Shown here one piece after another: positions 10,116 to 18,773 of a stretch of DNA of 45,821 nucleotides. The notes beneath the pieces were generated by a model, which saw nothing but the letters and a program-made list of their open reading frames with translations, was not told the origin of the DNA and ran no database searches. How positions within the stretch are numbered: the first letter of the stretch is position 1; every line of letters starts with the position of its first letter. The stretch comes from Planctomycetota bacterium (GTDB lineage Bacteria; Planctomycetota; UBA8108; UBA1146): contig JAYZBV010000092.1 in assembly GCA_036338595.1 (NCBI GenBank), positions 1 through 45,821 of the forward strand. The letters run 5' to 3'. A program made the translations under genes and the position numbers.

Positions 10116-11114
10116 ATGGCCAACCACTGCATCTGCCTGCCACTGCGAGTTCTGCTTGCGCTGCTGTTGTTCCTGACCGGCTGCCAGACCCCTTGGCTGG
10201 CAACGAACGGCAGCGCGGTGGTGCATCGGCTCGCATCATCCCTGGAAATCGGAGCGGTGGCCGCCCGAGAAGATCTGGGGGAGTCTGCCTCTGCTCGACT
10301 CGATGAATTACCAGGCCTGCTTGATTATGCAGCCAGCAGGGGACTGAATACTGGTCAGGCCTATCGTCGTGTCGACCAGGTAGTTGGGCCGGCGAGTTGG
10401 ATCGTGGCTGCTGCTGATCCCGCCACGGTGACGTTGTACCGCTGGCGATTTCCGATCGTCGGTTCGGTTCCGTACAAGGGGTATCGCTTCCAGCATCACG
10501 CCATCCGGGAACAGGAAAACATGGTGGAGGCGGGATGGGATGCCGAGGTATTTCCCGTCCCTGCCTGGAGCAGCCTCGGGTGGTTTCCTGAACCACTCCC
10601 GAGATCGTTGCTTTCCCTCGAGGAGCATCGCTTTGCGACGACGATTTTCCATGAACTGGTGCATCGCACGGTGCACATCGCGGGCGATGCCGAGTTGAAC
10701 GAGGGGCTGGCGACCTTTCTCGGGGCGCAACTTGCCGAGCAATGGTTGATCGGACGTCATGGCGAGAGCTCGGAAGTGGTGAAGCGCCACCGCAGTCACC
10801 AGCGCGATGAACTGCGGCTCAACAATCTGATTCGAACCCTCAGGGAGCAACTCACCGGAGGCGAGGTGGACGGTCAGTTGGAACAATTCCGACAGCTTCT
10901 CGCCACCGAGCCGTGGCAGCAATTCTCCGGCGAGGACCTGGCGAGGGGGAACTGGAGTCTGCCCAGGGTGCTGCTGGCCCGGGTCTATGACCCCTCGAGC
11001 GTGCCCTGGGACCGGATCTGGCACGAATCGGGCCAGGATGTGCGAATCCTCACGACTTGGGTCCGGCGCAACTTTTCTGGAACTGGTGCCGATAGGGGCT
11101 CGTTGGACCGGTAG
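10116..11114 (+). CDS. putative zinc aminopeptidase lipoprotein (DUF2265/Aminopep-like)
   Basis: Lipobox LLFLTGC. WRFPIVGSVPYKGY, AWSSLGWF.EP, IFHELVH (HExxH), ELNEGLATF. Confidence 0.85.
   Translation: MANHCICLPLRVLLALLLFLTGCQTPWLATNGSAVVHRLASSLEIGAVAAREDLGESASARLDELPGLLDYAASRGLNTGQAYRRVDQVVGPASWIVAAADPATVTLYRWRFPIVGSVPYKGYRFQHHAIREQENMVEAGWDAEVFPVPAWSSLGWFPEPLPRSLLSLEEHRFATTIFHELVHRTVHIAGDAELNEGLATFLGAQLAEQWLIGRHGESSEVVKRHRSHQRDELRLNNLIRTLREQLTGGEVDGQLEQFRQLLATEPWQQFSGEDLARGNWSLPRVLLARVYDPSSVPWDRIWHESGQDVRILTTWVRRNFSGTGADRGSLDR
11079..11105 (+). promoter_or_regulatory. putative SigR/SigH-type ECF promoter upstream of the sigma gene
   Basis: GGAAC (11079-11083), 18-nt spacer, GTTG (11102-11105), about 110 nt upstream of the ECF sigma start. 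Confidence 0.5.
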
Positions 11115-11212
11115 AGAAGGTTCCGTGGGCCACATCGGCCGTTTCAGTGGAGGCGGTGAGGAAGGTACCACGATACCCTTGAACCGGACCAGGCCCGCAT
11201 GAAAGAGGACCC

Positions 11213-11785
11213 ATGAGCGATGCATTGAGCATGGGAAACAGGGATCTATTCGAGGAGATCACCCTACCTCACATGGATGATGTCTTTCGTTTTGCGATGG
11301 GTTTATCCAGGAATCGCGCTCAGGCGGAAGATCTGGTCCAGGACACATACATCAAGGCGTTCAAGGCCTTTGGAGGCTTCCGTGCCGATAGCAATGCCAA
11401 GGCATGGTTGTTCAGAATCTGCAAGAACCAGTTCATCGATCGGTACCGTCAGAGAGCTCGCCGTCCACACCATGGTGGTGATGTGGACGAACTCGCCGTC
11501 GATCCGATCCGGCACTCCATCGAGGTCTTCGAGAGGGAAGGCATCGAGAATCCGGAGACTTTTCTCGATCTGTTCGGTGATGAGGTCAATCGCTACCTCA
11601 GAGAACTCCCGGAGATTTACAGGAGAGCGTTGCTGCTGTGTGATGTGGATGAATTGAGTTACGAGGAAATTGCTGAGGTCCTGGAGGTGCCGATTGGTAC
11701 CATCCGTTCGAGGATCTCGAGAGGTCGGGCGTTTCTGAAGGAGCGCCTGGTGGAATACGCCCAGGAACTTGGATACGGGCGCTGA
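11213..11785 (+). CDS. ECF RNA polymerase sigma factor (SigR/SigH-like)
   Basis: Region 2 AEDLVQDTYIKAF...NAKAWLFRI..N.FI. Region 4 LSYEEIAEVLEVPIGTIRSRISRGR. Confidence 0.93.
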   Translation: MSDALSMGNRDLFEEITLPHMDDVFRFAMGLSRNRAQAEDLVQDTYIKAFKAFGGFRADSNAKAWLFRICKNQFIDRYRQRARRPHHGGDVDELAVDPIRHSIEVFEREGIENPETFLDLFGDEVNRYLRELPEIYRRALLLCDVDELSYEEIAEVLEVPIGTIRSRISRGRAFLKERLVEYAQELGYGR

Positions 11786-11805
11786 TTAACGAGGGACGAG
11801 GGCTC

Positions 11806-12585
11806 ATGGAAGATTGCATTCGCTTCAAGGAACGACTCCACGAGTGGGTCGACGGAGAACTGGGAGATGTTGTCGCCGATGAGGTCGATACACACCTCTC
11901 CCTGTGTCCAAAGTGCGCGGATGCCGCCCGTGCCATCGAACACATGAAACTGCTCGTGAAATCGAAGGCACGCCATTCCCGGGTCCCCGAGGGCCTTGCG
12001 GGTAAGGTGAAGCAGGCGATCACGATCGAGTCTGCCCGGTATTCCTATCGAAAACGATGGACGGGGCGCCGGTTGGTTCCCTTCGCCACCGCTGCTGCGG
12101 TCCTTCTCGTGATCTTCTCCTCGATCAACCCCTTCTCCTCCACCCAACATCAAGAACTTCAGGCCAGTGTCGGAGAATATGTTTTTGATTCTCATCTGAG
12201 GTCGGTCACCGGTGACGATGGTCCCGAATGGTTCTTTGAAGGGACCGTTGACGCATCGACGAGAATCTCGGAGGAACTGGGAGTCGCGGTGGCGTTGCCC
12301 GCACCCGATGCGATGCTGCAAGGGGTGTCTTTCAGTTCCCTTGGTGAGACTCGCATCGCCAAGGTCTTCTATATGCTGGATTCGGAGCCGCTCTCCATCT
12401 TCGTCATCCCGAGGCCGGATGGCGTCATCGATGGTTGTCATTGCATCAAGAAGGGCCGCAATTTTGCGGTCTTTTGTTTGCCCGGTGAGTCGGTGTGTTA
12501 TCTATTTGCGACCTCGCAGGATGCGAAAGCTTGCCAGCAATGGTTTCAACTGGGCTGCTGCGGTGAGCCGGTGACCAGCGACTGA
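11806..12585 (+). CDS. zf-HC2 (ZAS) anti-sigma factor with TM helix and extracytoplasmic domain
   Basis: C.....LHEWVDGEL........HLSLCPKC (HxxxCxxC). TM segment FATAAAVLLVIF. Lies directly downstream of the ECF sigma. Confidence 0.88.
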   Translation: MEDCIRFKERLHEWVDGELGDVVADEVDTHLSLCPKCADAARAIEHMKLLVKSKARHSRVPEGLAGKVKQAITIESARYSYRKRWTGRRLVPFATAAAVLLVIFSSINPFSSTQHQELQASVGEYVFDSHLRSVTGDDGPEWFFEGTVDASTRISEELGVAVALPAPDAMLQGVSFSSLGETRIAKVFYMLDSEPLSIFVIPRPDGVIDGCHCIKKGRNFAVFCLPGESVCYLFATSQDAKACQQWFQLGCCGEPVTSD

Positions 12586-12719
12586 GAGCCACTTCCAGAC
12601 CTTCAGAACTACATTTCAACCAGCCACACCAGATCATGACTCATCATGACAGGGGCCTTCAGGTCCCTCAGTGCTCCCTGCGTGGATCTTCTGCCAGGCC
12701 CATTCGCTAGAAAATCTGA

Positions 12720-12806
12720 TGGTGGGCGAGCCGGGACTCGAACCCGGACCCCCGAACGGGGAGGGGATTTTAAGTCCCCCGCGTCTACCAGTTCCGCCAC
12801 TCGCCC
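12720..12806 (-). tRNA. tRNA-Leu(TAA)
   Basis: Reverse complement GGGCGAGTGGCGGAACTGGTAGACGCGGGGGACTTAAAATCCCC...GGTTCGAGTCCCGGCTCGCCCACCA. 7-bp acceptor stem, anticodon TAA, long variable arm, TTCGA loop, encoded CCA. Confidence 0.97.
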
Positions 12807-12812
12807 GCTGGA

Positions 12813-12841
12813 AGAATGATCCTCAAGCCCCTCCAGAGCAA
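12813..12841 (-). promoter_or_regulatory. putative sigma70 promoter of tRNA-Leu
   Basis: Minus strand TTGCTC-N17-CATTCT ending 6 nt before the tRNA. An 8-bp inverted repeat CCAGAGCA/TGCTCTGG (12833-12861) overlaps the -35. Confidence 0.5.
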
Positions 12842-12918
12842 GCACCTCTCCGATGCTCTGGCCGTTTTCTCTCCCACCGGATATGCTCACAGCGCCCCTC
12901 GATTCTGGAAGGAATAGG

Positions 12919-13758
12919 ATGACCCACCTCAATGACCGTCTCGTCCTGCGCTTTGTACTGTGTCTGCTGGCGCTCTCTCTCTTCTCGGGCTGCGGTGCAG
13001 GAGGAGCAGGGCTGATCAGATTACGTGCGGAAAACTGGCAACCGACACCTGGAGGATCGATCCAGGCCTCGGACCTGAATAACCCCGGAGATCTGATCGA
13101 TGTGGAGGAGGTGCTGGGACTCGACGGAGAGAATACCTTCTGGGTCTATGCCGTCGAAGCGGATCTGGGCCTTGGCACCTACGAGGTGGCCGACATTTCA
13201 TTTACAGGCACCGGGACCACCACGTTGACGACCGACATCGATTTCTCTGGTACCACATTTGATACTGGAACCGAGCTCGACAGCAACCTGGATGCTTCTG
13301 TGATGACCTTTCACAGCAAGGGGGCATTGCTCGGCATGGGACCGATCATGCTGAAGTACATCTGGGGTGTCGATCACCTGGTGTTTGATACCACCCTCTC
13401 AGGGACCACAACGATCGGGGGAGGGAAGGGTGGGGATATGACTATTCCTGCAACAGCGACGAAGACGATCGATGAGTGGGTACCTGCATTTGGACTCGGA
13501 GCCAGCTTCGCCATGCCGGTGGGAAATAACTGGAGCTTCGAAGTGGACGGAGAACTGGCCGGTCTCTGGGTCAGTTACGGCGATATCGATGGCACCTACG
13601 AGGGGTTGACCGTTCGTGCCGGTTTGCGACAGGGAACGGGCATCCTGTTTGGAGCGGGCCACAGGTCACTCGTCATCGATGTGTCCGATGATGGTTCCGG
13701 AACCAGTGCCGACATCGATCTCGGAGGCAGTTACTTGTTCGCAGAGTGGGCGTTCTGA
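12919..13758 (+). CDS. putative outer-membrane beta-barrel protein with lipoprotein-type signal
   Basis: Lipobox LSLFSGC. Alternating amphipathic beta-strands. C-terminal GSYLFAEWAF ending in Phe (beta-signal-like). Confidence 0.7.
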   Translation: MTHLNDRLVLRFVLCLLALSLFSGCGAGGAGLIRLRAENWQPTPGGSIQASDLNNPGDLIDVEEVLGLDGENTFWVYAVEADLGLGTYEVADISFTGTGTTTLTTDIDFSGTTFDTGTELDSNLDASVMTFHSKGALLGMGPIMLKYIWGVDHLVFDTTLSGTTTIGGGKGGDMTIPATATKTIDEWVPAFGLGASFAMPVGNNWSFEVDGELAGLWVSYGDIDGTYEGLTVRAGLRQGTGILFGAGHRSLVIDVSDDGSGTSADIDLGGSYLFAEWAF

Positions 13759-13790
13759 TCTGATTCGAGACGTGGAATACCACCGTATGG

Positions 13791-13835
13791 TTGAGCAGGG
13801 GGGCCGTGCCGGCAAGGCACGGCCCCCCTGCTCAA
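13791..13835. terminator. strong hairpin between convergent genes (likely bidirectional terminator)
   Basis: Perfect 20-bp inverted repeat TTGAGCAGGGGGGCCGTGCC (13791-13810)/GGCACGGCCCCCCTGCTCAA (13816-13835) with a GGCAA loop. Confidence 0.75.
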
Positions 13836-13864
13836 GGTTTCGAGGAACGACACGTTTCAGGTGA

Positions 13865-15661
13865 TCAGGGGCAGCCGAGATACAAGACGCAATCGAGAGT
13901 ATCGACCGTCGGATCCGAGCCACAGCCGGGTCCCGGTGGGGGTATCGAGGGACCATCCGAGAAGAGATATCCGAGCTCGTAGATCGGATCGCTGATATCG
14001 AAGGCGCCATCATCGTTGGCATCCGTGGAATCCTCGCAGGTCGAAGGATCGGCACCGGAAAAGAGGATGCTCAGGGAGAGCACCGGATCACTGATATCGA
14101 CCGCTCCATCGCCGTTTCCATCGCCGCGCAGAAACGGCTGTCCGGGGCAGGAAACGAGGATCCCATCTCCATTGGCATCGCCTCCCTGGGTCAGGATCTG
14201 GATCAGGTCCCAGACGCCATTGCCATCGCAATCCGCTGGAGTCGCCATGTATGCCGCTTCGAAGCCGGACAGATCCGAGGCATCGACATCTCCATCTGCA
14301 TCGAGATCACTGACGGCGCACGGGGAGTCCGCGTCGAATGTGCCCGGAGCATCCCCGGTCCAGCAATCGATGAATCCCTGGAGATCCGCATCCCCGATGA
14401 ATCCATCTCCATTCATGTCAAACTCGGCTCTGCCGAGGGAGTTCAGGAATGCACCAACCTGCGCCTGCTCCTGAACGGTCAGCTGGGAATAGGCAAACGA
14501 TGCGGCGGAGGCATCTCCGAAGTGCCAGCCCACGGCATCGTCGATGCCCTGCTGGAAGTTCTGGACCAGCACCCTGCCATCGTGGAGCAGTTCGCCCCGG
14601 ATACGGAGCCCCCACAGCGGTGGCGTCTTCATCTCCAGTTCGAGTGCGTCCCCCTGGACGATCCCGTCTGCCAGCCCTGCCATGTCATGGAGGAGGAAGT
14701 CGCTGTAGGGACGGAAGGCTCGATTGGAGAGTGCTGCCTCGGGTGCGACGCCACTGGTGAACTCGGAGTGGTGACACTCTGCGCAGCCGACAGAGTTGAA
14801 GATGACTTCGCCAGACATTCCCGATCGGGGAGTCTGAGGTGGAGGAGCGAGGAATCGCTGAAAGTCGGTAATCCGATCGACGAACAGAACTCCGTTGCTC
14901 ATCGGTTCTTCAGGATCTGCCACTGCATCGCACTGTGCCAGCAGGTTGGCATCGCCATTGGGAGCATTCTCGGTGCCGACGATGGAGTTGGTGATTCCCA
15001 TCTCATTGAGTGTCGCATCTCCACTGAAGGAGAGCAGAGTCCCTACCTGAGCCTTCCAGCCGAAACGACCCACCATCAGGGGGGCGGCTGGATTTTCGAG
15101 CAAACCGACCATGTGCGCCGATCCGCCATTTACCTGGAGAGCCAGCAGGTCTGCATCGGGGATCGCCTCGATCAGCCCTGCTCCAAGGATGGAGGGAGTG
15201 ATCCTCTCGACGACCACGGTGGCATTGACCGGAACCGTCTCGAGACATTCGTCGGAGATGGCATTGGCCTGCAGCAGGGAGCCCCCCTGGGAAGCCAGGG
15301 GATCGAATGGCTCACCTTTGTCTGCAGTACCGAAGCGAGTCACGGTGATGGAGCCCCCGCCTCCGACGGGAACCGCATGGCAGGAAGCGCAGGAATCCTG
15401 GTTGAACCCGGGTCCGAGACCCGTCTCAGCAGTGAATGTGCGCAGAAACTCTTCCCTGCCCGCCTCGAATCGCGCGAGTTGAGTGGCGGTCAGCCCATCG
15501 ATGGGGTCACCCATGCGCGGCTGCAGTGATTGCCCGGCCAGGCCGGTGGGGATGGCCAGCAACAGGACCATCGCCAGTGGCAACCAACTCGCAGTCTCGG
15601 GTCCAGACGCACTGGACTCGGGGCATCCCGGATGTCGTTTATCGGGTTCAAATGGTCTCAT
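13865..15661 (-). CDS. di-heme oxidoreductase (DHOR/DUF1111) family c-type cytochrome with C-terminal dockerin-like modules
   Basis: GLGPGFNQDSCASCH, GRFGWKAQ, NEMGITN, GCAECH, YSDFLLHDM, KTPPLWG, LLHDGR. C-terminal DxNGDG repeats and an FLRGDGNGDG dockerin-like module. Start uncertain. Confidence 0.85.
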   Translation of the reverse strand: MRPFEPDKRHPGCPESSASGPETASWLPLAMVLLLAIPTGLAGQSLQPRMGDPIDGLTATQLARFEAGREEFLRTFTAETGLGPGFNQDSCASCHAVPVGGGGSITVTRFGTADKGEPFDPLASQGGSLLQANAISDECLETVPVNATVVVERITPSILGAGLIEAIPDADLLALQVNGGSAHMVGLLENPAAPLMVGRFGWKAQVGTLLSFSGDATLNEMGITNSIVGTENAPNGDANLLAQCDAVADPEEPMSNGVLFVDRITDFQRFLAPPPQTPRSGMSGEVIFNSVGCAECHHSEFTSGVAPEAALSNRAFRPYSDFLLHDMAGLADGIVQGDALELEMKTPPLWGLRIRGELLHDGRVLVQNFQQGIDDAVGWHFGDASAASFAYSQLTVQEQAQVGAFLNSLGRAEFDMNGDGFIGDADLQGFIDCWTGDAPGTFDADSPCAVSDLDADGDVDASDLSGFEAAYMATPADCDGNGVWDLIQILTQGGDANGDGILVSCPGQPFLRGDGNGDGAVDISDPVLSLSILFSGADPSTCEDSTDANDDGAFDISDPIYELGYLFSDGPSIPPPGPGCGSDPTVDTLDCVLYLGCP

Positions 15662-15886
15662 GCTTTCTTCCGCTTTCCCTCGGTTTCGCAATAGGTCGGT
15701 GTCTCGATATCCAGGCAGGCGATCGGGCAGGCATTGACGCAAGATCGCCGTCGGGGATCACCGGGCATCTGCCAGCATCCCCGGACACCATCTCAGCCGG
15801 ATGGCAACCCTCCCTGGATCACCACCGAGGCATCACATCCCCCGGTCGTCTGAATACACTCTACTTTTTTTTCTCTTCCCGGTTCC

Positions 15887-18436
15887 CTAGGGACAGCCTG
15901 TGGCGCACTCCAGCGCATCGGCGGTCGGGTCCGAGCCGCACACATTTGGTTCTGGCAGGTTTCCCGTGCCTCCGAAGAGTGACGAGAGAACTGCCACAGC
16001 ATCCGCAATGTTCAGCATGCCGTCATCGTTTGCATCCGCAGCGTCATCGCAGCCAACAGCAGAGCCGTTGAAGAGCATTTGAAGCACGGAAACGGGGTCG
16101 CTGATGTCAAGATTCCCATCGAGGTTCACATCTCCGCGCAGGAATGAGACTCCACCTGTGCCGGAGCAATTGACCGTCTCGACCACGAAATCATCCACGG
16201 CGGCTTCTACCAACGAGTTGTTGGGCGAGTCTGCAGCCGAGAAACGGAACATGGTGTTGGCGGAAGGCGTGACCACGGCTGCGACAGGGAGCTGAAATTC
16301 CTGCCAGGAACTCGAGGTTCCCAGCGCGCCGCCGACCACCAGTGCCGTTGTCCATGTGACTCCTCCATCGGCCGAGATGGAGAAGGTCAAGTCATCGATC
16401 TGTGATGGATCGGACTCAATGTTGGCGTACCAGAGGTTGAAACTGACGGTCGCATTGGTTCCTGCGAGATTGTAGGAAGGGCTGATCAACTCGGTTGGCC
16501 CGCCGTCGAGGTCAGCAGTTCCCGCTGCTCCTCCCGGGGCACCGTTCTGTGTCACCCAGCACATCTGCCCGCTTGCGGCGACTCCCGGCGCGCAGGGAGT
16601 TCCTCCACTGGCAGTGCCATTCGGGTTTGCCAGTTCCCAGGCTCCTGCAGAGGTGCTCGCATCGGTTTGCACGGTCCAGCCGTTGTTCCCGGACTCGAAA
16701 TCGTCGGTATCGCGGATGATTTCATCGCCGATCAGGTTGAAGACAGTCTCGGATGTGGTCACCGTGCCGTTGGTGAGAGCAGCGCTGACGAACCATTCCA
16801 TCGAGGTGTCTGCGAGGGTGCCATCGAGGATTCCCTCGAACAGGCCGCCTCCGAGAGGTGTCATGACGCTCTCGACAAACGCTGCGCCATCCGCAGAGAC
16901 ATGAATCTTCACATCGGGCTCCGAGACAACTCCACCTCCGAAGGCCTCTGCAAATGCGGTGATCGTCACCGAGCCAGTGCAGGGGATCGCATCCGGGACT
17001 CCCAGAGGGAAACTCAGATTGAGGCCGATGGGGGCCACATTGATCCAGACCTGGGTCCCTGAGCAGGTTCCGAGCACCATGTCTAGCCAGCCATCTCCAT
17101 TGATATCGAAGACCGCTGCATCGTGAGTCCCGTTGGGTCTCCATGCGGCGCCATCATTCTCCTGACGCAGTGTCACATTGGGGCTATTGCCCAGATTGTG
17201 GTAAATGTGCATGCGACGATTGCAGCCCGAGATGTCGACATCCACGTCAGTGATGATCACATCATTCCAGCCGTCGTTGTCGAGGTCAGCGATCACCGAA
17301 TTGCCGCCAAAGCCATCGTCTCCGGTGGCACCAGTTCCTCCCGAGAAGTCGTAGAAAAACCGCGAAAAGTTGGCGAGGCCATTCGCATCGTTGCTGGTGT
17401 GGAGAAGGTATGAATCGGCGTTGTCGTCGGTCACGACCAGGTCATTGGCACCGTCGTTGTTGAGATCGCCCACCGTCGTGTGGTAGGGGGCCATGCTGGC
17501 CCAGCTCTCCTTGTGAGCAGAATAGATTCCGGTGCTGGTGGGGGTGTTGTAGGAGATCCCGACGTACTGCGGCGGGTTGAGGGCCGTATCCTTGATGATG
17601 TCGAGCGCGCCATCGCCATTCATGTCCCGGATGCTGGAAGACATTCCGAATGCAGATTGCTGGAATGGGAATGAACTCCCGCCGATGATGATCGAGCCTG
17701 AAAAGCGGTTCGAGGTTCCGTCCGAGAAGAAGCCGGTGCCATCATTGATCAGCAGTCGATCGTTGAAATCGAGGGACTGGGCTCCTCCGCTGTCGTAATC
17801 ACCGATGTAGACATCGAGGTCTCCATCGTTATCGATGTCTCCCGCATCCAGGGAGCAGAATCGCGGAGCATGAGGAGAGCCATTGGGTGCATTGCCTTCG
17901 AACTGAGGTATCCGGGCATCCTCGTGCAAGAATCCTTGCCAGATGCCACCGCTGTTACCGAGATTGCGGTAGACCCTGGGGTAGGAGATGTGTTTTGGAA
18001 ATCCGTCTGCGAGAGTGACGGCAGTGACGATATCGAGCCAGCCGTCACCAGTGACATCGGCCAGGATCACATCCCGGTCGTTGGTCGGGGTCAGGAATCC
18101 GTTATCGCCTGCAACATCGGAGGAATTTGCGAAGTCCGCGGTGCGATCGACAAGCACACCCCCCTGATTCATGAACAGAACATTGGTGCGAAACGCGGAC
18201 GCGCCCCCCGTGGTGAAGGCTAACTTCCTGACACAGATCAGATCGATGTCCCCGTCTTGATCCACATCGCCCCAGATGTAGTCCTTCTCGGCAACATCGT
18301 TGGTCGAAACATTGGACGCCGCGACGATGCGGGACGCCGTTTCATTGGTGAACTCGACCCAATCGGGTTGCGCTTGAACTGGCATCGAGATCGCAAAACA
18401 GCAACCCACTACGGACAGGATCCGCAGGAAAAACAT
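15887..18436 (-). CDS. secreted FG-GAP/VCBS-repeat protein with beta-sandwich domain and C-terminal dockerin-like module
   Basis: AAGGAG RBS before ATG 18436 and a signal peptide. Repeated GDVDQDGDIDL, ADVTGDGWLDI, GDIDNDGDLDV, DLDNDGWNDV and DINGDGWLDM. C-terminal FLRGDVNLDG...CDDAADANDDG...DPTADALEC. Confidence 0.88.
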   Translation of the reverse strand: MFFLRILSVVGCCFAISMPVQAQPDWVEFTNETASRIVAASNVSTNDVAEKDYIWGDVDQDGDIDLICVRKLAFTTGGASAFRTNVLFMNQGGVLVDRTADFANSSDVAGDNGFLTPTNDRDVILADVTGDGWLDIVTAVTLADGFPKHISYPRVYRNLGNSGGIWQGFLHEDARIPQFEGNAPNGSPHAPRFCSLDAGDIDNDGDLDVYIGDYDSGGAQSLDFNDRLLINDGTGFFSDGTSNRFSGSIIIGGSSFPFQQSAFGMSSSIRDMNGDGALDIIKDTALNPPQYVGISYNTPTSTGIYSAHKESWASMAPYHTTVGDLNNDGANDLVVTDDNADSYLLHTSNDANGLANFSRFFYDFSGGTGATGDDGFGGNSVIADLDNDGWNDVIITDVDVDISGCNRRMHIYHNLGNSPNVTLRQENDGAAWRPNGTHDAAVFDINGDGWLDMVLGTCSGTQVWINVAPIGLNLSFPLGVPDAIPCTGSVTITAFAEAFGGGVVSEPDVKIHVSADGAAFVESVMTPLGGGLFEGILDGTLADTSMEWFVSAALTNGTVTTSETVFNLIGDEIIRDTDDFESGNNGWTVQTDASTSAGAWELANPNGTASGGTPCAPGVAASGQMCWVTQNGAPGGAAGTADLDGGPTELISPSYNLAGTNATVSFNLWYANIESDPSQIDDLTFSISADGGVTWTTALVVGGALGTSSSWQEFQLPVAAVVTPSANTMFRFSAADSPNNSLVEAAVDDFVVETVNCSGTGGVSFLRGDVNLDGNLDISDPVSVLQMLFNGSAVGCDDAADANDDGMLNIADAVAVLSSLFGGTGNLPEPNVCGSDPTADALECATGCP

Positions 18437-18773
18437 GTGCTCCTTCAAGGAGACACTCCCTTCCCGATACATACGGGGCTCCGGTGGATCACCGGCAATT
18501 CTCCTCACCCGCATGTTCGATTGCCCCCCCGGGCATATCGGTGAAACGAGACCTCAACAGTCCCATGGCTCGATTATAGTGGCTCTGCAGAGTAGGTGTG
18601 AGGGGGCAATCCTGTCTCTTCAGGCCCTGAGAGAGGATAATTGTTGGCCTCCAGGGCCGGATTGCCGGGTGGCATCTCATCGGCGGTCAATGGCAAGGTG
18701 GGACCGCTTCCGTCCACTTGTCAGTTGAGGGAGGAGGGGCCAGCGGCGGACAAAGGTGTGATCCGGTTGAAAA

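Noticed and set aside
12586..12918. Prophage or ICE att site at tRNA-Leu or tRNA-Cys
   Set aside because: No duplicated tRNA 3' end, integrase, or phage/plasmid gene was seen in the window.
12609..12932. ORFs overlapping the tRNAs (12609-12932, 12671-12922, 18641-19324)
   Set aside because: They are translations of tRNA sequence or of the antisense strand of real genes.
13791..13835. MITE/REP element or CRISPR repeat
   Set aside because: Single copy in the window and positioned between convergent stops, so a terminator explains it.
18573..18578. Perfect TATAAT on the minus strand upstream of the FG-GAP gene
   Set aside because: No acceptable -35 or extended -10 at the right spacing, so it was not called as a promoter.
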